Origin: Bugula neritina
Taxonomy: Eukaryota; Animalia; Bryozoa
Assembly (NCBI GenBank): GCA_964035545.1
Contig: OZ037771.1
Coordinates: forward strand, 10,916,480-10,980,479
Length of the DNA: 64,000 bases
Reading direction: 5' to 3'
Shown here in pieces: positions 28,058 through 41,476 of the stretch. Each line of letters begins with the position of its first letter. Position 1 is the first letter of the stretch. The position numbers and the translations under genes are program-made. Below the pieces are notes generated by a model. It was not told the origin of the DNA and did no database searches. It was given only the letters and a program-made list of their open reading frames with translations.

Positions 28058-30739
28058 ATGGCTTCCAACGAGGATAGACTAGCTGCTGTTAAAGAGGTCA
28101 TGATTGACAGGGATGGCAGGCAAGGTTATCTTATAATATAATGATATAGCAGGTCTTCAATATACAATAAGTCTAATTTTCATTATAAAATGTATATAAT
28201 TCAACAAGCAGCATTGCTATGCGATAGCAAAAACTGTAAATAATCAAATGTTTATGTTTTTCAACCTGGTAAGAGTTTGTGTTTTTTTTTGGTTTAGAAA
28301 TGCAGATATATTAAGTTTTATACTATGATAATTTACTTTAGGATAGTTAACTTACTGATCAATTTATAAATGCACAATGCTTCAAACAGAGGTGTGAGTA
28401 TATCTATATATGACTTGGCATGCTAGTTTTAGTTGCAATGTTTTTATATTTTTAATGAATCTTTAAAATCTGAGTTCCTTTTTAGTCTGTTGTTTCTACT
28501 GAAAATGTTCAAGGAATTAATTACCGGGTAGAATACATATTTGGAGTTATGTAATCTCGCTTATGCTGTATTGCAGGTACAAGTATGTGCTGATAAATGT
28601 AGTGGCATCCAACAAGTCTCTTGGAGAAGAAACAAGTAAAAAAATAGTTCGTGGCTTTGCATGGGCCGAATATCACGGTAGGAAACTTTTATTTGTTACA
28701 CTAATCTTACAGGGTAAATATTCACTTGATTTGATAAACTACGTGCATAAATATTAGACTGTTTGATCCTCAGACAATGACTGTCACTATTTGGACTGGG
28801 CAAGTAATAAATGAATGGAACTACATTAGAGTTTAAGCCCAGTGGTAATATGTAATTTGAATAACAACTGTAGCTATATAATATTCATAGGTCTATGAAT
28901 AATTATTTAAATAACAACTGCTGTAATTTTGCTCTGATTTGAAAACTGTGAATATGTTTGTTAAACAAGTTTAGCACTGTTGGAACAATTTTGATGAAGT
29001 TGACATGATGATTCTTCTTCAATCATGAAACTATAATACTATTGATTATAACACTTTTATAAAGAATATATAATTAGATAAAAATGTGTAATACTGTTAT
29101 GAAAATCACACCAAGTTGAAAGCTGCTGTTTCCTATAGGTTTGAGGTTAAATTAGAATGTTGCAAAATAATGCCAATATTTAAAAAAGTTGGTTACATTT
29201 CATGCTAAGGGTACGTTTTAGAATAAGTATTATGTAAACTTAGCAATTTGCACAATAATTCAATTGTGATTTTTTAAATTTTATTTTCTGTTGCCAATTT
29301 CTTTGTTTAAAGAAAGCAGGACTGGTAGTAATGAGCACATCACTAACAGCTATGGAGCTAGTCCATATAATCTTACTGATTTTTATAAGTGTTCATTCAC
29401 AATGCAGACCAATTAGGGAAAAATACCTTAAAATGCTCGTAGAATAAAATGAAAAATACACAATTTGGTGATATGTAATTAAATTATATTATGTATTTGG
29501 TATATTATATAAAGTATATTATGCATCCACACTGTATTTTATGATTAAAGCAAGCATGCCTACCCAATATTGAAAACTAATTCAAAGGAAACTAATACTA
29601 AGAATAAATATTTAACATTTTTAGTGGTTATTTTGATCTGTGATTTTAACTTATCTTTTTTCCTCAGCTTCCCTTTATTCAATATCTGCTGGTTTTTAAG
29701 CATATTATACATTAGTCGTACTTTTAGCCAATTATGTGGGGGCACAACTACTAACTATATGTTTTTTGTAGCCGATATATATGATGCAGAATGTTCAAAG
29801 TTGGAGCCTATTGGTCTAGATTACGAGTGCTTAGGGGGAGGGCGGATATTGACAAATTCTGCTGCAAAGACTATCAACGTCTTTGGCTACTCTATGGTGA
29901 GTAGAATTATTCTCCTAGTCTTGGGGTTATCACTTATTCTTTCTGAAATTATGTGAGTTGCGTCAGCCAGATGGCACCTTGAAGTCTTGAAAAATGAATT
30001 TGTTTTAGTGAAAATATAGCCAACTTTTTTATTTTTCTGAGAAATGTAATTCTCACCTCAAACTGATTTTTTTTTGAAAATTAAAGCTTAGGCTGATAAG
30101 CTTTGTGTCCCTGTGAAAGCTGTAAGTTTCAAAAACTACCTAAATTTATCTTTTAACATTTATGAGCAGGAAAATGAAACCGGGTAATGGCAAAGTGAAC
30201 ACAGTAAGCCTTGCATAATTACATATTGTTATACTTTCCGCCTGGACTGAGTGTTTTGTAAACTATAAAATATCTTGCACAATGTGTGCAACCAAATGTG
30301 TATCATTTTGCTTTTCATTATGGATTGTTCTAACAGCTTTGCGCTTTAATGTGATAAAATTGATCCCTCTGGTTCACATATCTTGGGATAACCCAGTCAC
30401 TCTCAAGTTTTCTAATGAATGTAATGCTGGATCATGTTGCTGTAGGCTGCCTGTTGGCTACTTACTGGTTGTTTCAAAGTACTGCATGATTCTAGCTTAG
30501 AAATTTGCAATATGCGATGTAAATACTGTTTTAATAACAAGGTAAATAGTGTTCTAATAATTGATAGTCAAGAAGGTAAAAAAGGTGCGCAGTAGCATCT
30601 GTTTTGTTAAATTTCTGAATCTTATTATCTCCATTATTTACTGCAGGGCTTTGGCAGGGCTGATCATCAAACAACCTGTGACATCATCAAGAGAAGTTAT
30701 CCCGATTATACCATTACTTGGAGTAATGAAGGATATTAA
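28058..30739 (+). CDS. PHPT1: 14-kDa phosphohistidine phosphatase (janus/ocnus family), 126 aa, 4 exons
   Basis: Exons 28058-28119 (GC donor), 28577-28677, 29772-29896, 30647-30739. Motifs: [64 protein letters not shown]. Confidence 0.95.
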
Positions 30740-31635
30740 CTATAACTTCTTCTATTAGGATGTAATTTATACATAATTCTAACTAATGGTTGTATAATAT
30801 TGTAACCAAGGCCACCAACTATTATCTCTTATCAGCCTCACTGTGTAATAATATTCTACCATCTATAGTAATGTTGCTATACCTCTAAAATATCAAATGC
30901 GATATATTTGAGACTTGTCCTCTTTTTGCCAGCATTTGAAGCCCTTCAATAAATTATAATATAAACTGTTTAAAATACTTGCTAGTCTCAGAGTTGATAT
31001 CAGCTATATTATATTAATTGTTCTGAACCACCATGTCTGTAAATATATGTCTAACCGTTTTACTATTCTGACACTCTTGTATTCATTGTTTTAGACAAAA
31101 TATCACATTTTACAAAGAGAATATAACTTTTGAAAGCAAGTAAAACATTTAAAAGTCATCTTCCAGTAATTTATTTTGCTAGCTGAAAAACAGGGATAAA
31201 GATTGGATAAAACTGAAATGTTTCAAGTGCCATCATTGGCCCGAGAAGTTTATCTCCACAAGTAAATGCCTTGGCTTTCTGAGTAATTAATACTGTTTTA
31301 GGCAGTTCTTGACTGACTTGAAGAAATACCTTATAGTGAATAGTTGGTTTGGGTGTTATAATCCTGTTTAACTGTATTTAGATATATTAGAACAAACATT
31401 TTAAACTCAGTTATTACACTTTTAAATAAATCTGTTCATTTGCTTAGAACTTTATTTTTTATTAAAAAGTGATCCAGTAAGATAATAGAGATGCTGATTA
31501 AAATAGCCAAGAAACTGCTTACTTTACAGTAAATAATATAAAAGTTTACATCCTCCAATCACTTCTGGTTTGCTAGTAAAGTTCAAACATAGCAAAACCA
31601 AAACGAATTTTGCAGAGATAATAAATGGTTTACTA

Positions 31636-31753
31636 CCACCACTAACCAGTACCATATCCACCACTAACCAGTACCATATCCACCACTAACCAGTACCATA
31701 TCCACCACTAACCAGTACCATATCCACCACTAACCAGTACCATATCCACCACT
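31636..31753. repeat. 22-bp minisatellite (CCACCACTAACCAGTACCATAT)n, ~5 copies
   Basis: Visible tandem array between the convergent PHPT1 and SAMHD1-A 3' ends. Confidence 0.92.
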
Positions 31754-32329
31754 GGTGGTGTGGTGGCTGTTGGAAGATTTGAAGACATAAACTACAGCTC
31801 CAAGTAATTATGAATTAGTACAGACTTTAGAGTAATGATTAAATACTTGGAATAAAGGAAACTCTGAAAATATATAATTTTGTTAGCAGCATAAATTTTA
31901 ATGAAATATTACAGTGGCTGGATTAATTTCACACTCCATGTGTTATGGGTATCTTCCAACACACTTGTTGAGGGATTTTATGAAACAGTGAGTAATCAAT
32001 CGTAACATGATGCCAAATAATAAACAATCCTTATACGAAATGGCCTAAAGTTATTTTAAAACCATGAATAAAAAACGAAAACACTTTTAACACTTCAAGT
32101 ATATGGAAATTGCATATTGTGTGATTGTGTAATGCTAGTAGCATGGCTAAATCACCCTAACTATTTATATTAACTAAATAAGTTAATAGATGAGGTAAAA
32201 AACCCAAATAAATAGACTTAAATATATAAGTAATTAAATGAAAATTCAACTAACTAATTCTTAGATAGAGCAGATTTGACTTATTGCTAATAATGAAATA
32301 AAACACTAAGAAGATTGAAAATGTGAAGG

Positions 32330-35300
32330 TCAGCCATGTGAGATTCTTGGAAGAAGATTATAACGACTAAACACTTCACTAACTCTTTCATAATGTTCGC
32401 CTTTGACAACCTCAGCTTTGCAGAATGCTGCAATGACCTGCAAAACAACTAAATTAAGCTTAGATGGTCACATGTGCCTGCAAAATAAATGGCTGGAAAT
32501 TTGTTTTTAATTTCTCCAAATTAATACAAACAAGCAACTGGGCATTATTACCTATGGGTGTTACATGTAGGTGTTACACATGGGTATTACACATGGGTGC
32601 TACCTATAGGTGCTACATGTAGGTGTTACACATGGGTATTACCTATGGGTGCTACACGAGGGGTTCATTTGCAGACAAACAAATAATAAAAATGAAGATA
32701 AAAACAAATGTTTAACCAAACCAACTGCTGTAAGAAAAGACTGCATTACCATCTGTCTTAATTTTTCAAAATAATTAAAACGCTTTGCTAAGGATAGACC
32801 AAATTTTACCTTATCTTGAAACTGCACAGGTGTGAGAAGAGACTTCTGCTCTTTGGTAAGTTGAAAAGGTTGAACTAAATCATGTTTCTTATAGAACCTA
32901 AAAAACATTCTAAATATTCTTTCAAGGTCGATGGTCATGAGCTAACAGTTTTGAAGAATAGATTTACTAAATCTTAGGTTTGCGTACGTGACCTACCAAA
33001 TGGAATCTAAAGGGTTGGAATTTTCCTTTCCAAAATGTCTGGCAGTCAAACTGACAGTGAAATCGGTGCCTCCCAATTCATTAGCAAGCTGGTTTCTCAA
33101 CCCTTCTGGGGTTTCTCCATTTCTTTCTAAAATACATAAATATATAAATATAAAAATCAAGTGGTGACAGTCTTCTCTACCAAAGGCCAAACTAGGGTCA
33201 CAGTAAAAATGTTATTTATAATTTAAAACAGCATAAAATCACACAAAAATTCTTTGATTTCCATTGTTATTGTGCAATCTAGAAACATCTTCTGCGTTTG
33301 ATGAAATGCACATAGAGCTTAATCTAACACAGGATGCATGCATAACACACCTAACGGGCTTACGAACTGAAGATGTAAATACGCATAACTTACTCGAAAC
33401 CTCTGCTTGCTCAACACACTTATACAATTTACGTTTTTGGAGTCGTTCCAGAATATGCCTTGCGCCTGCCAGTTCGATTTCTTCACTATCTAAGATCTGT
33501 AACACAATCTACAGAGTGTGCACAATGTACTATCAACACTGTAGCATGTAGCACATACTGTATACTGTGCATAATGTGTTATCAATACTGTAGCACGCAG
33601 TACACACTGTACTGCATGTAGCATGTAGACCTAAACCTAGAACAGTCATCGTCGACTCGACAGACTGTTTATGATGATAATGAGCATGTGATATACACTG
33701 TACTATTAACACTGTAGCACGTAGTAATAGACACTAGACACTGTGCTAGCAACATTGTAGCAGGTAATACACACTGTGCTATCAACATTGTAGCATGTAA
33801 TACACACTGTGCTATCAACACTGTAGCATGTAGTAGACACTGTGCTATCAACACTGTAGCATGTAATACACACTGCGCTAGCAACACTGTAGCACGTAAT
33901 ACACACTGTGCTATCAACACTGTAGCATGTAATACACACTGCGCTAGCAACACCGTAGCACGTAATACACACTGCGCTAGCAACACTGTAGCATAAGCTA
34001 ACAGCTGCCCGACACTTTCTGTGAATTGCTTTGGAAATACTTCAAAAATTGAAACATTAAACAAATAGCAAAATGGATGTCAACAATCCGTGAGCATACC
34101 TTATAGAATATGCTATCAGTAAGAAGGGTGTAGCTCTCCATATCATCTAAACACTCCAGTAAACTCTTCCCCCTAATCCTGAGGTGGGGGGCAGCAGCAA
34201 CTATTGCATCCTTGATCATGAGTTCTATAGCTCTTCCAACAGGATGTTGATATGCTGAGAGAAAATTACACATCATGTAATGCAATATGAGGACGAAACA
34301 AATATAAAATTATGTGATTCTTTATTTTATATCTTGCCATATTTGTACACTTGTGACAACTAGCAAATTATACCAGCACTGTTAGACTTTAGAATTGTTG
34401 TTAGACAGCTGAAAATAGCATAACTAAACTATCAAAACATATCCTGTAAAAATTAGCAAAAATGTTACTTAATTCGCCATTGTTTTGCTCTGTTGAAGGT
34501 CTGAACATATTTGGCCAAAGCACAATTCCGGTAAATGACTGGAGCAAAGCTGAATGTAAAGAAACATGTATTGTAATCTTCAAAACATGGCTTTAAAAGT
34601 TTATTCTATTTAACAGAAAGGTTCAGCTGTTTTGTTATGCAGTGCACTGAATACTGTGACCAGATCAAACCTCTTAGAACCAGGGTTGGGGTAATTGTAA
34701 TTTGTAATAATAATTTGTTGTAATTAATTAGATTTTTTCAAGTAATTGAATACGTAATTTGTAATTGATGTATAAAAATGTAATTTTAATTCATTACATA
34801 GGTAATGTAATTGATTTTTACAATTACTTTGTAATTACATAACAATTACTTCAAATTTTTAAATCTGATAAAATTCATACTCTTCCTACCATGCCTACTG
34901 GTTAACAAAAAATTTAGATTAATTAAATGTAGTATTGCATCGCCCTATGAATCACTGAACAAAGAAGGTTCTCCTGAGTCTACTTCTAAGTTAGAAGTAG
35001 ACTCAATCTATGCCATTATTTTGGAAGAAGTTTCACCTAACATGTTCAAACCCCAAGTGCTTGTTTTATTTTGTGTCATCATTAAGAGTTGAAAAGAGCT
35101 CAGGTAGAAGTTGTCTTCCCAATGTTTATTCACCAGCAGCAAGTTTACACTTTAAATAAAAATCAAGTTCTCACCTATGACTGATAACAGCTAAAATATG
35201 CTGATGTAACTCTAGCATCTAGATTATTTTAGCTCTACTTGGATATTACCTGTACGATGTCATAACAGTTGATAAATACCAACTTATAAGTTAACTGTTT

Positions 35301-38300
35301 TCTATTAGTGAAATTTATATCAATCACAGACCGAGTGCATTTAACAACTTTGATAAGTTTGGAGGTCAAGGACGTATACTACAACAACACAAACCTATCT
35401 AATACCTGCAGGTTTGCATACATTTAGATCTTTGTTTCAACTAAAACCAAAAAAACAATAAGTTTATTCAATAGTAGTTAGTGAACACTTTGACAGCAAG
35501 TGTATTAATTACTAAGAGTTGTGTCCCCTTTATGAGATGCAAGGCATTCCTGCAGACTACGCACTGTTTACGGAAATAAGAAGCTTTTATAGGAGGTACC
35601 AAGAAGGTAGTAGAATTTCAAATAGCAAAGAATAAAAAATTGGGTTGAAATGTTGACCTTATAGCAATCCCTGGGACAATATTTACTGGCCCGCAACACG
35701 AATTCAATTGATTAAAAAAGTGTTTGCATGAGTGCGCCGTTGCTTGTAGTTGCCATAATTACCAACATAATATGGGTCATTTTACTTAATTTAGTACACA
35801 ATCGATACCTCTAACTTTTGACTATGTTCCACAATTTAGCTGCTAATATACAGCTATACGCTTTTTTGCCCTAAACCAATAGAGTATTAACCAATACAAC
35901 TATACAATTAAAGTTTCTTCTAATTTTGATTGACTTTCTATATTTTTTCATAATTAGTTTAGTAAATTGGGATATTCGACTGTTATGATTTTTTCAATAT
36001 GGCAATTTAATGCACTTTATTGTAATAATCATAAAACATACCACAACCTGGTAAATTTTTATGACTTTTAACCAATTTCAATTGTTGGTCCTAATTTGCT
36101 GGTGTGCACTCAATAACGTAAAATGACCCATATATACAACTTTTGGTATTTAGGACAAAAAATAATTGAAAAAAGCATATGTCCAAGGAAAATATGCAGG
36201 AAGTATGAGCTGTGACAATTTGCACCGTATAATTCTATAAAACTGATTTAGCACTTGAGATATATAATTTTCTATACTGGAAGTGTAATGTCAAGCTAGA
36301 GCTAACCTTGTTTGTGTAGACTGTATCTGGTGCTGTAGAGGTTGAACACAGAGTCGGCCTCCTTGTCTCTCACACAGATCTGAGGTTGGCCACCAACCTC
36401 CATAACTCTTAGGTGGTACAGCAACCTTTGGTATTCAAAGTTTATCTTTATTCCTAAAAGTGTTCATAGTTTCTGTTAGACTGGCTATGCTGGCCCCACA
36501 AATATACAGCATCATGCAGATGTATACCACAGTATTCCTGACTGTAGACTATGTTGTGAAAGTAACCGTGCAAAATGGTGAATCCGGGGAGTTGAACTAA
36601 AAAGCAAAATCTGCATTATATAAAACTGTGCAAATCACATGACCATGCATTCTATGGGAAATCTAGCTGGAATTATGCAATTTGGAACTTGGTGGGCCTA
36701 CTTAGACTTAGTTATTTGAATTTAGTATTTTTCCCTACACAAGTTTAAAGTACTTTTTGTGTAACACCCAACTAGACAATGATGAAGGCAGTAGCTCTTG
36801 AATAACTACTTGGCAATATGCCAGGAGACAGCTGCTTGAGGAAAACTCTCACATACCAAACCCACCCTCCTCTTCGCCCCCTCCTCTCCCTACACTCTCC
36901 CCCCTCACCATCCACCCCGCCCCACCCTCCTCTCAGCCCTACCCTTCACCCTGCCCAGCCCCTTTAAATGAGGCCAGTACTACTTTACTACAGTAAGCAT
37001 CTTACAAGATTTATAGCCTCTTCAAAGATTTATAGCTTCAATGAAACATTACTGATCCACATCAAAAGCAATAAGAATAGGATGAGTGGAATATACAATG
37101 ATCAGATGGCTTAGCAAATACTAATAGACAATTATCTGGTGTCCATAAAACTATAATATGCATTATAAAAAGTAATGGGCAGTGCAATGCTAACAAAGAG
37201 GCTACTGTTGGCAATGAAGAGTAACATACTGTAGCTACACAGTACACTACCCATGAATGGCGAGGTGCAACATTCAGTGTACATTAGAGAGTCACTATTA
37301 CATATCAGTATGTACGGAGTGATCAAACTAAACTCTGAGATACATGAATAGAAGCATGCCCTGCAACAGAAACTTATTTCCTCAGATGTAAAAGTTCTAT
37401 TGCATAATATTTTTGCAATTTTATGAAATGGGAATTTACGACAACATTATTAGATATAATGTGATATATTTTTTAAAATATGAAGCAAAATTAGCTATTC
37501 CAAACCTAAATAGTGAGCATCTCTAGCCACATAGTCCCATTTATCAACATCCATTCCATTCTCTTTGTTAGCTACTATCTGATAGAGGAAGGACTTTGAG
37601 CCATCTCGCCCTGTCTTTTCACTCTATTACACAAGGAAATAATGAAAGGCTAGTTGTTGAATACCAATTATAAACAACTTTAAGAGTTACAACATTTTAT
37701 ACTAATTTATAATCAACACAGAAATGCTATGCTAATGGCAATCAATAGAGGAAATGCTCAACTTATCTATAGAAACATGTTTATCACTTTGAGTAATTGA
37801 AACTAATGGCAGGGTGAGATGACTAACATCAACATGGTATGATTCCCCTCGTATCAGAGCCTTGATGAACTCAATATCCTCATCACATATGCCCCAGGCA
37901 TGGAGAGCTCTTCTGGTATCACCATTCGAGTAAATATGATCTAACATTTTGATAGAGTTGTTCTCGTGTTGCCACACTTTCTCTGAAGTTCCTGGTAGAC
38001 TATTTACTATCACTTCAAAGAGGTGTGAGAATGGCCCGTGTCCAAGGTCGTGGCAGAGGCCAGCCAGCTAAAAGAGGAATTAGATGAATGAATGTTACAA
38101 ATAACATGTGTTGGAGAAAATGAGATGTTTGAACCTATTGTCTAACAAGTTGATTCTACTGAAATGATGGAAAGAGTTGAACAGAGTGTGTCACTTGTGA
38201 ACCCAAATGTTAGAGTTTAAAGTTTTAACTGTCTATCAAGTTTATTAATCACAATAATAACTCTGAAATGGTAGGACACTTTGTAATTTCTAAATATAAA

Positions 38301-39224
38301 CATAAACTGATCAATCAAATTAGTTTGTATTTGCAAACAAGTTGTAGCAGAACATAGTTTCAAGATAAACTGCAGGTTGCCGTCAATAAGTGGCATGGGA
38401 TTAATACAGTCCTTCCTAGACTATCACACTTGCCTGTACACATAGACAATCTATCTTAGTAAGTTCTAATTCAGGTTGTTTGTCTCTTAAAGTGCTAACA
38501 AGTTCTCCAGCTAAGTGATAGACTCCCAGACTATGATCAAACCTCGTGCCATTGGCTCCGGGGTATACATAGCTTAGAGATGATAACTGCAAATAAATAT
38601 AACATTTTTAGTGCCAATAACGGGGTGACTAGCAAATTAAGAAGGTGAAAATGATGTATCGAAAGTAGATCTATAATTTCAAACCAGACCTGTTTTAAGT
38701 GGCGTAGTCGCTGAAACTGTGGAGTATCAATAATGATCTGAGCTACAGGATGCACTTTGATGTTCCCAAATATTGGGTCATTGAAAAGTTTATAAGACAC
38801 TGTAAAATTCTCTTTCTGTAGAAAGTTATCAATCTTCTTCAGTACCACCTCCTCACTGATGTCACAGCCAAACTAAAGCAAGGGTAAGCAATAATGATAA
38901 TTTCAAAATAAGACACATAAAGCATCACCCACAGCATATGTTGAGTAGTATACTCAGATTTCATGCTGAGAAAAATTTAAAAAAGACAACATTAATCGTA
39001 CAATAGGAAAAAACAGGTCTCACAAAAGTTTTCACAAACCTTAGATAACAAAACTGACCGGTGATGCTCACCTGTCGCCTTAATCTCACGCTGTCTAACA
39101 GTACCAGAAATTCTTTGGAAGGAACTGCTTTGTCTACCGTAATACTTTCCAGATCTATTGCATGTTTGTTTCTAATTTCTTTGACGAAGTCAGCTACTGA
39201 ATCAGTTAAGACTCCATTTTCCAT
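32330..39224 (-). CDS. SAMHD1: SAMHD1-like dNTP triphosphohydrolase, copy A, ~525 aa, 11 exons
   Basis: Exons 39072-39224, 38690-38872, 38434-38586 (GC donor), 37828-38067, 37506-37623, 36307-36453, 34100-34254, 33394-33496, 32997-33126, 32810-32897, 32330-32437, with consistent phases (1578 nt). Motifs: [78 protein letters not shown]. Confidence 0.94.
32547..32662. repeat. ~13-bp minisatellite (TACACATGGGTGT-like) in the last SAMHD1-A intron
   Basis: Visible degenerate tandem array. Confidence 0.8.
33690..33995. repeat. 33-bp minisatellite (CACTGTGCTATCAACACTGTAGCATGTAATACA)n, with degenerate copies at 33515-33625
   Basis: Visible and intronic. It accounts for the 11-aa-repeat ORFs. Confidence 0.92.
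34681..34860 (+). mobile_element. One end of a MITE-like element (CAGGGTTGGGG followed by GTAATT-rich subterminal repeats)
   Basis: Terminus-like motif followed by repeated GTAATTG/CAATTAC. No partner end found. Confidence 0.4.
35774..36129. mobile_element. MITE with TIR GGGTCATTTTAC...GTAAAATGACCC
   Basis: Inverted termini flanked by AT on both sides (alternatively a TA TSD with TGGG ends). Located in a SAMHD1-A intron. Confidence 0.75.
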
Positions 39225-41054
39225 CGTCAGCAGCGCTATAAATTAAAGAAAATCGTTACAATTAATGCAACAAATCCATTTTTTCTAAACTATAATACAT
39301 TTTGTTGCTAAATAGAATAGTGACCTTGAGTTACAAAGTATTTTGAGTGTATTTCACAAATGACTTTAGCTCTTTCTGTATGATTTGTATAATTGAGATT
39401 TTAACATGAATACCAGAATATGATGGAAATAAGATACTAAGAAAACAGAGTTTAGCAATTTCACTTATATTTTGCATTAAGCCTTTTAACTGCCTTCACT
39501 TTATTTAGTTGTATTTGAGCAGCTGCAGTTGAGTTTGACTGAATTATTAGAAAAATATCCCATGTGTAGTTAATCATTAGAAAAATGGTTTCTATTTTTT
39601 TATAACTCTATGGTAAAAAATTGACTGTGCATGCCTAAATCAAAGATATAAAAACTTATATAATTGAATGCCTTTAGAAAGATATGCTTTTACCCTAACC
39701 AACCACCTAGATCTTGTATAAGCTATTTTCCAACTAAACATGTACAGATAATTGTTTTATGAGTGTTTCTAAAGGTTATTCAAAATATTCACTTGCTTGT
39801 TTTTCAGAGCAATGGAGTACATGTATACCTGCATCTAAGTATTGGTATTCAGTGAATCATCAGTCAGCCCTATGAGTCATACTACAGCATTTTACAAGCA
39901 ACAAAAGTATTATTTTTTGCTGGTACAAAAGGGACACAAGTCACTATATGTTACAAACTGAAAACTTTCTTAAAACATTTTATTCAAATTTTGACTAAGT
40001 AATTAGACAAAAGTGCTGGAATTTGCTTGTTTAGACATTTACTCATCATCAAGCAGCATGGCTATATTCATCTACTACAACATATAGTATATATATGAGC
40101 TACATGCTAGGAAAGGCTCTCCCTTTTTAAAAACTTACTATGCAATGTGAAGTAATAACATAGCTAATATACAAGTAAAATAAAGATGTGGATGCATTAC
40201 AAAACACTGCTTACTATACAGTGTCCAAGGAAACCACCTTAATTTATGAGATACTGAATAAAGATATAAGTAAAAAACCTGTATTTTTAACTAGCTACCT
40301 CTCACTAATTATGTATCTAGCATATGCAGACCAAATATGCAAGAGGTCTAGCTAATAATATCATTATAATATTCACATTAAAGAGCTTATTCAGTAGCAT
40401 AAATGGTATAATTTATCATGATTACCCATATAATCATAACATAGTTTTCATAAAAACTACTGAAAAAGTAAATGAAAATAAACATCAAGTTTAGAAGTTG
40501 AAAGTAATAAAAATATAACAAAATGATATAATATAAACGTGCAGCACTTTAAAATCAAACTGTGACATGACTATACTTAAGCATTATAACAACTTTAACT
40601 GTAGTCTGTATGAGTTGATAATAAGGGACATATAATAATAAGATACACAAACTCACTAAAACTTATCATCACCATGACTATGACTGTGAGTCATAGACAT
40701 GGTGATGACAACCTAAATCTTAAAGTTCATCATACCGAAACAACATAAATGAACTGATAACATAGTCCTATGAGTTAGAGAGCACAGAGCTAAGAAAGTC
40801 ATGTCTTATCTGAATCGATTTGAATATCAGTATGAGTATTACTACAATCATAGCTACTCTATAGAGGAATATAATGATAGCAAAGTTTCTTTGCTAATTT
40901 TAACTGTAAAATTTTACTTTAAGCTCAGCATCTGCTGTAGAAGTACCTAATAGCTATAAATAATCTTACAGTAGTACTAATAGCTACTATAAGGATAACA
41001 ATAAGATCAAGTACGAATCCATGACTATTCAAAAATATCAATTAGAGAACTTTT

Positions 41055-41476
41055 AGTTGGAAAATGGACATATCACCAATAGACAACTCGAAAATAGACA
41101 TTTAGCAAATGGACAATTGAAAAATAAACATTTGGGAAATGAAATTTGCAAAATGAAAAACATTTAACATGTCCTAGTCCAGAGCGGGCGTTCAGCATCC
41201 AGCCAGGACCAAAATAGCTCATTGTCACCCTAGTTAATTTTAAATTGGAACTATTTGGTAACTAACACTACTTCCATGATGGCCCAACTGATTTAGCATT
41301 TATATTTATTTTTGAAAGCTTTTTTGGACTTGAACAGATTCTGAACATCCCACTCCGGAGCCCGTACTAAGCCATGTTAAACGTTCTTCATAATCCAAAA
41401 GTCTATTTTCCAATTGTTCATTTGCTAAATGTCTATTTTCGAGTTGTTTATTGGTGAATTGTCCGTTTTCAAAACC
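41055..41476. mobile_element. Foldback/Mutator-like MITE with ~80-bp TIRs built from 15-bp units
   Basis: 41055-41135 (GGAAAATGGACA...CTCGAAAATAGACATTTAGCAAAT) is the reverse complement of ~41398-41476. Confidence 0.75.

Noticed and set aside
33669-34064. Cys-rich 11-aa-repeat ORFs
   Set aside because: Artefact of the intronic 33-bp minisatellite
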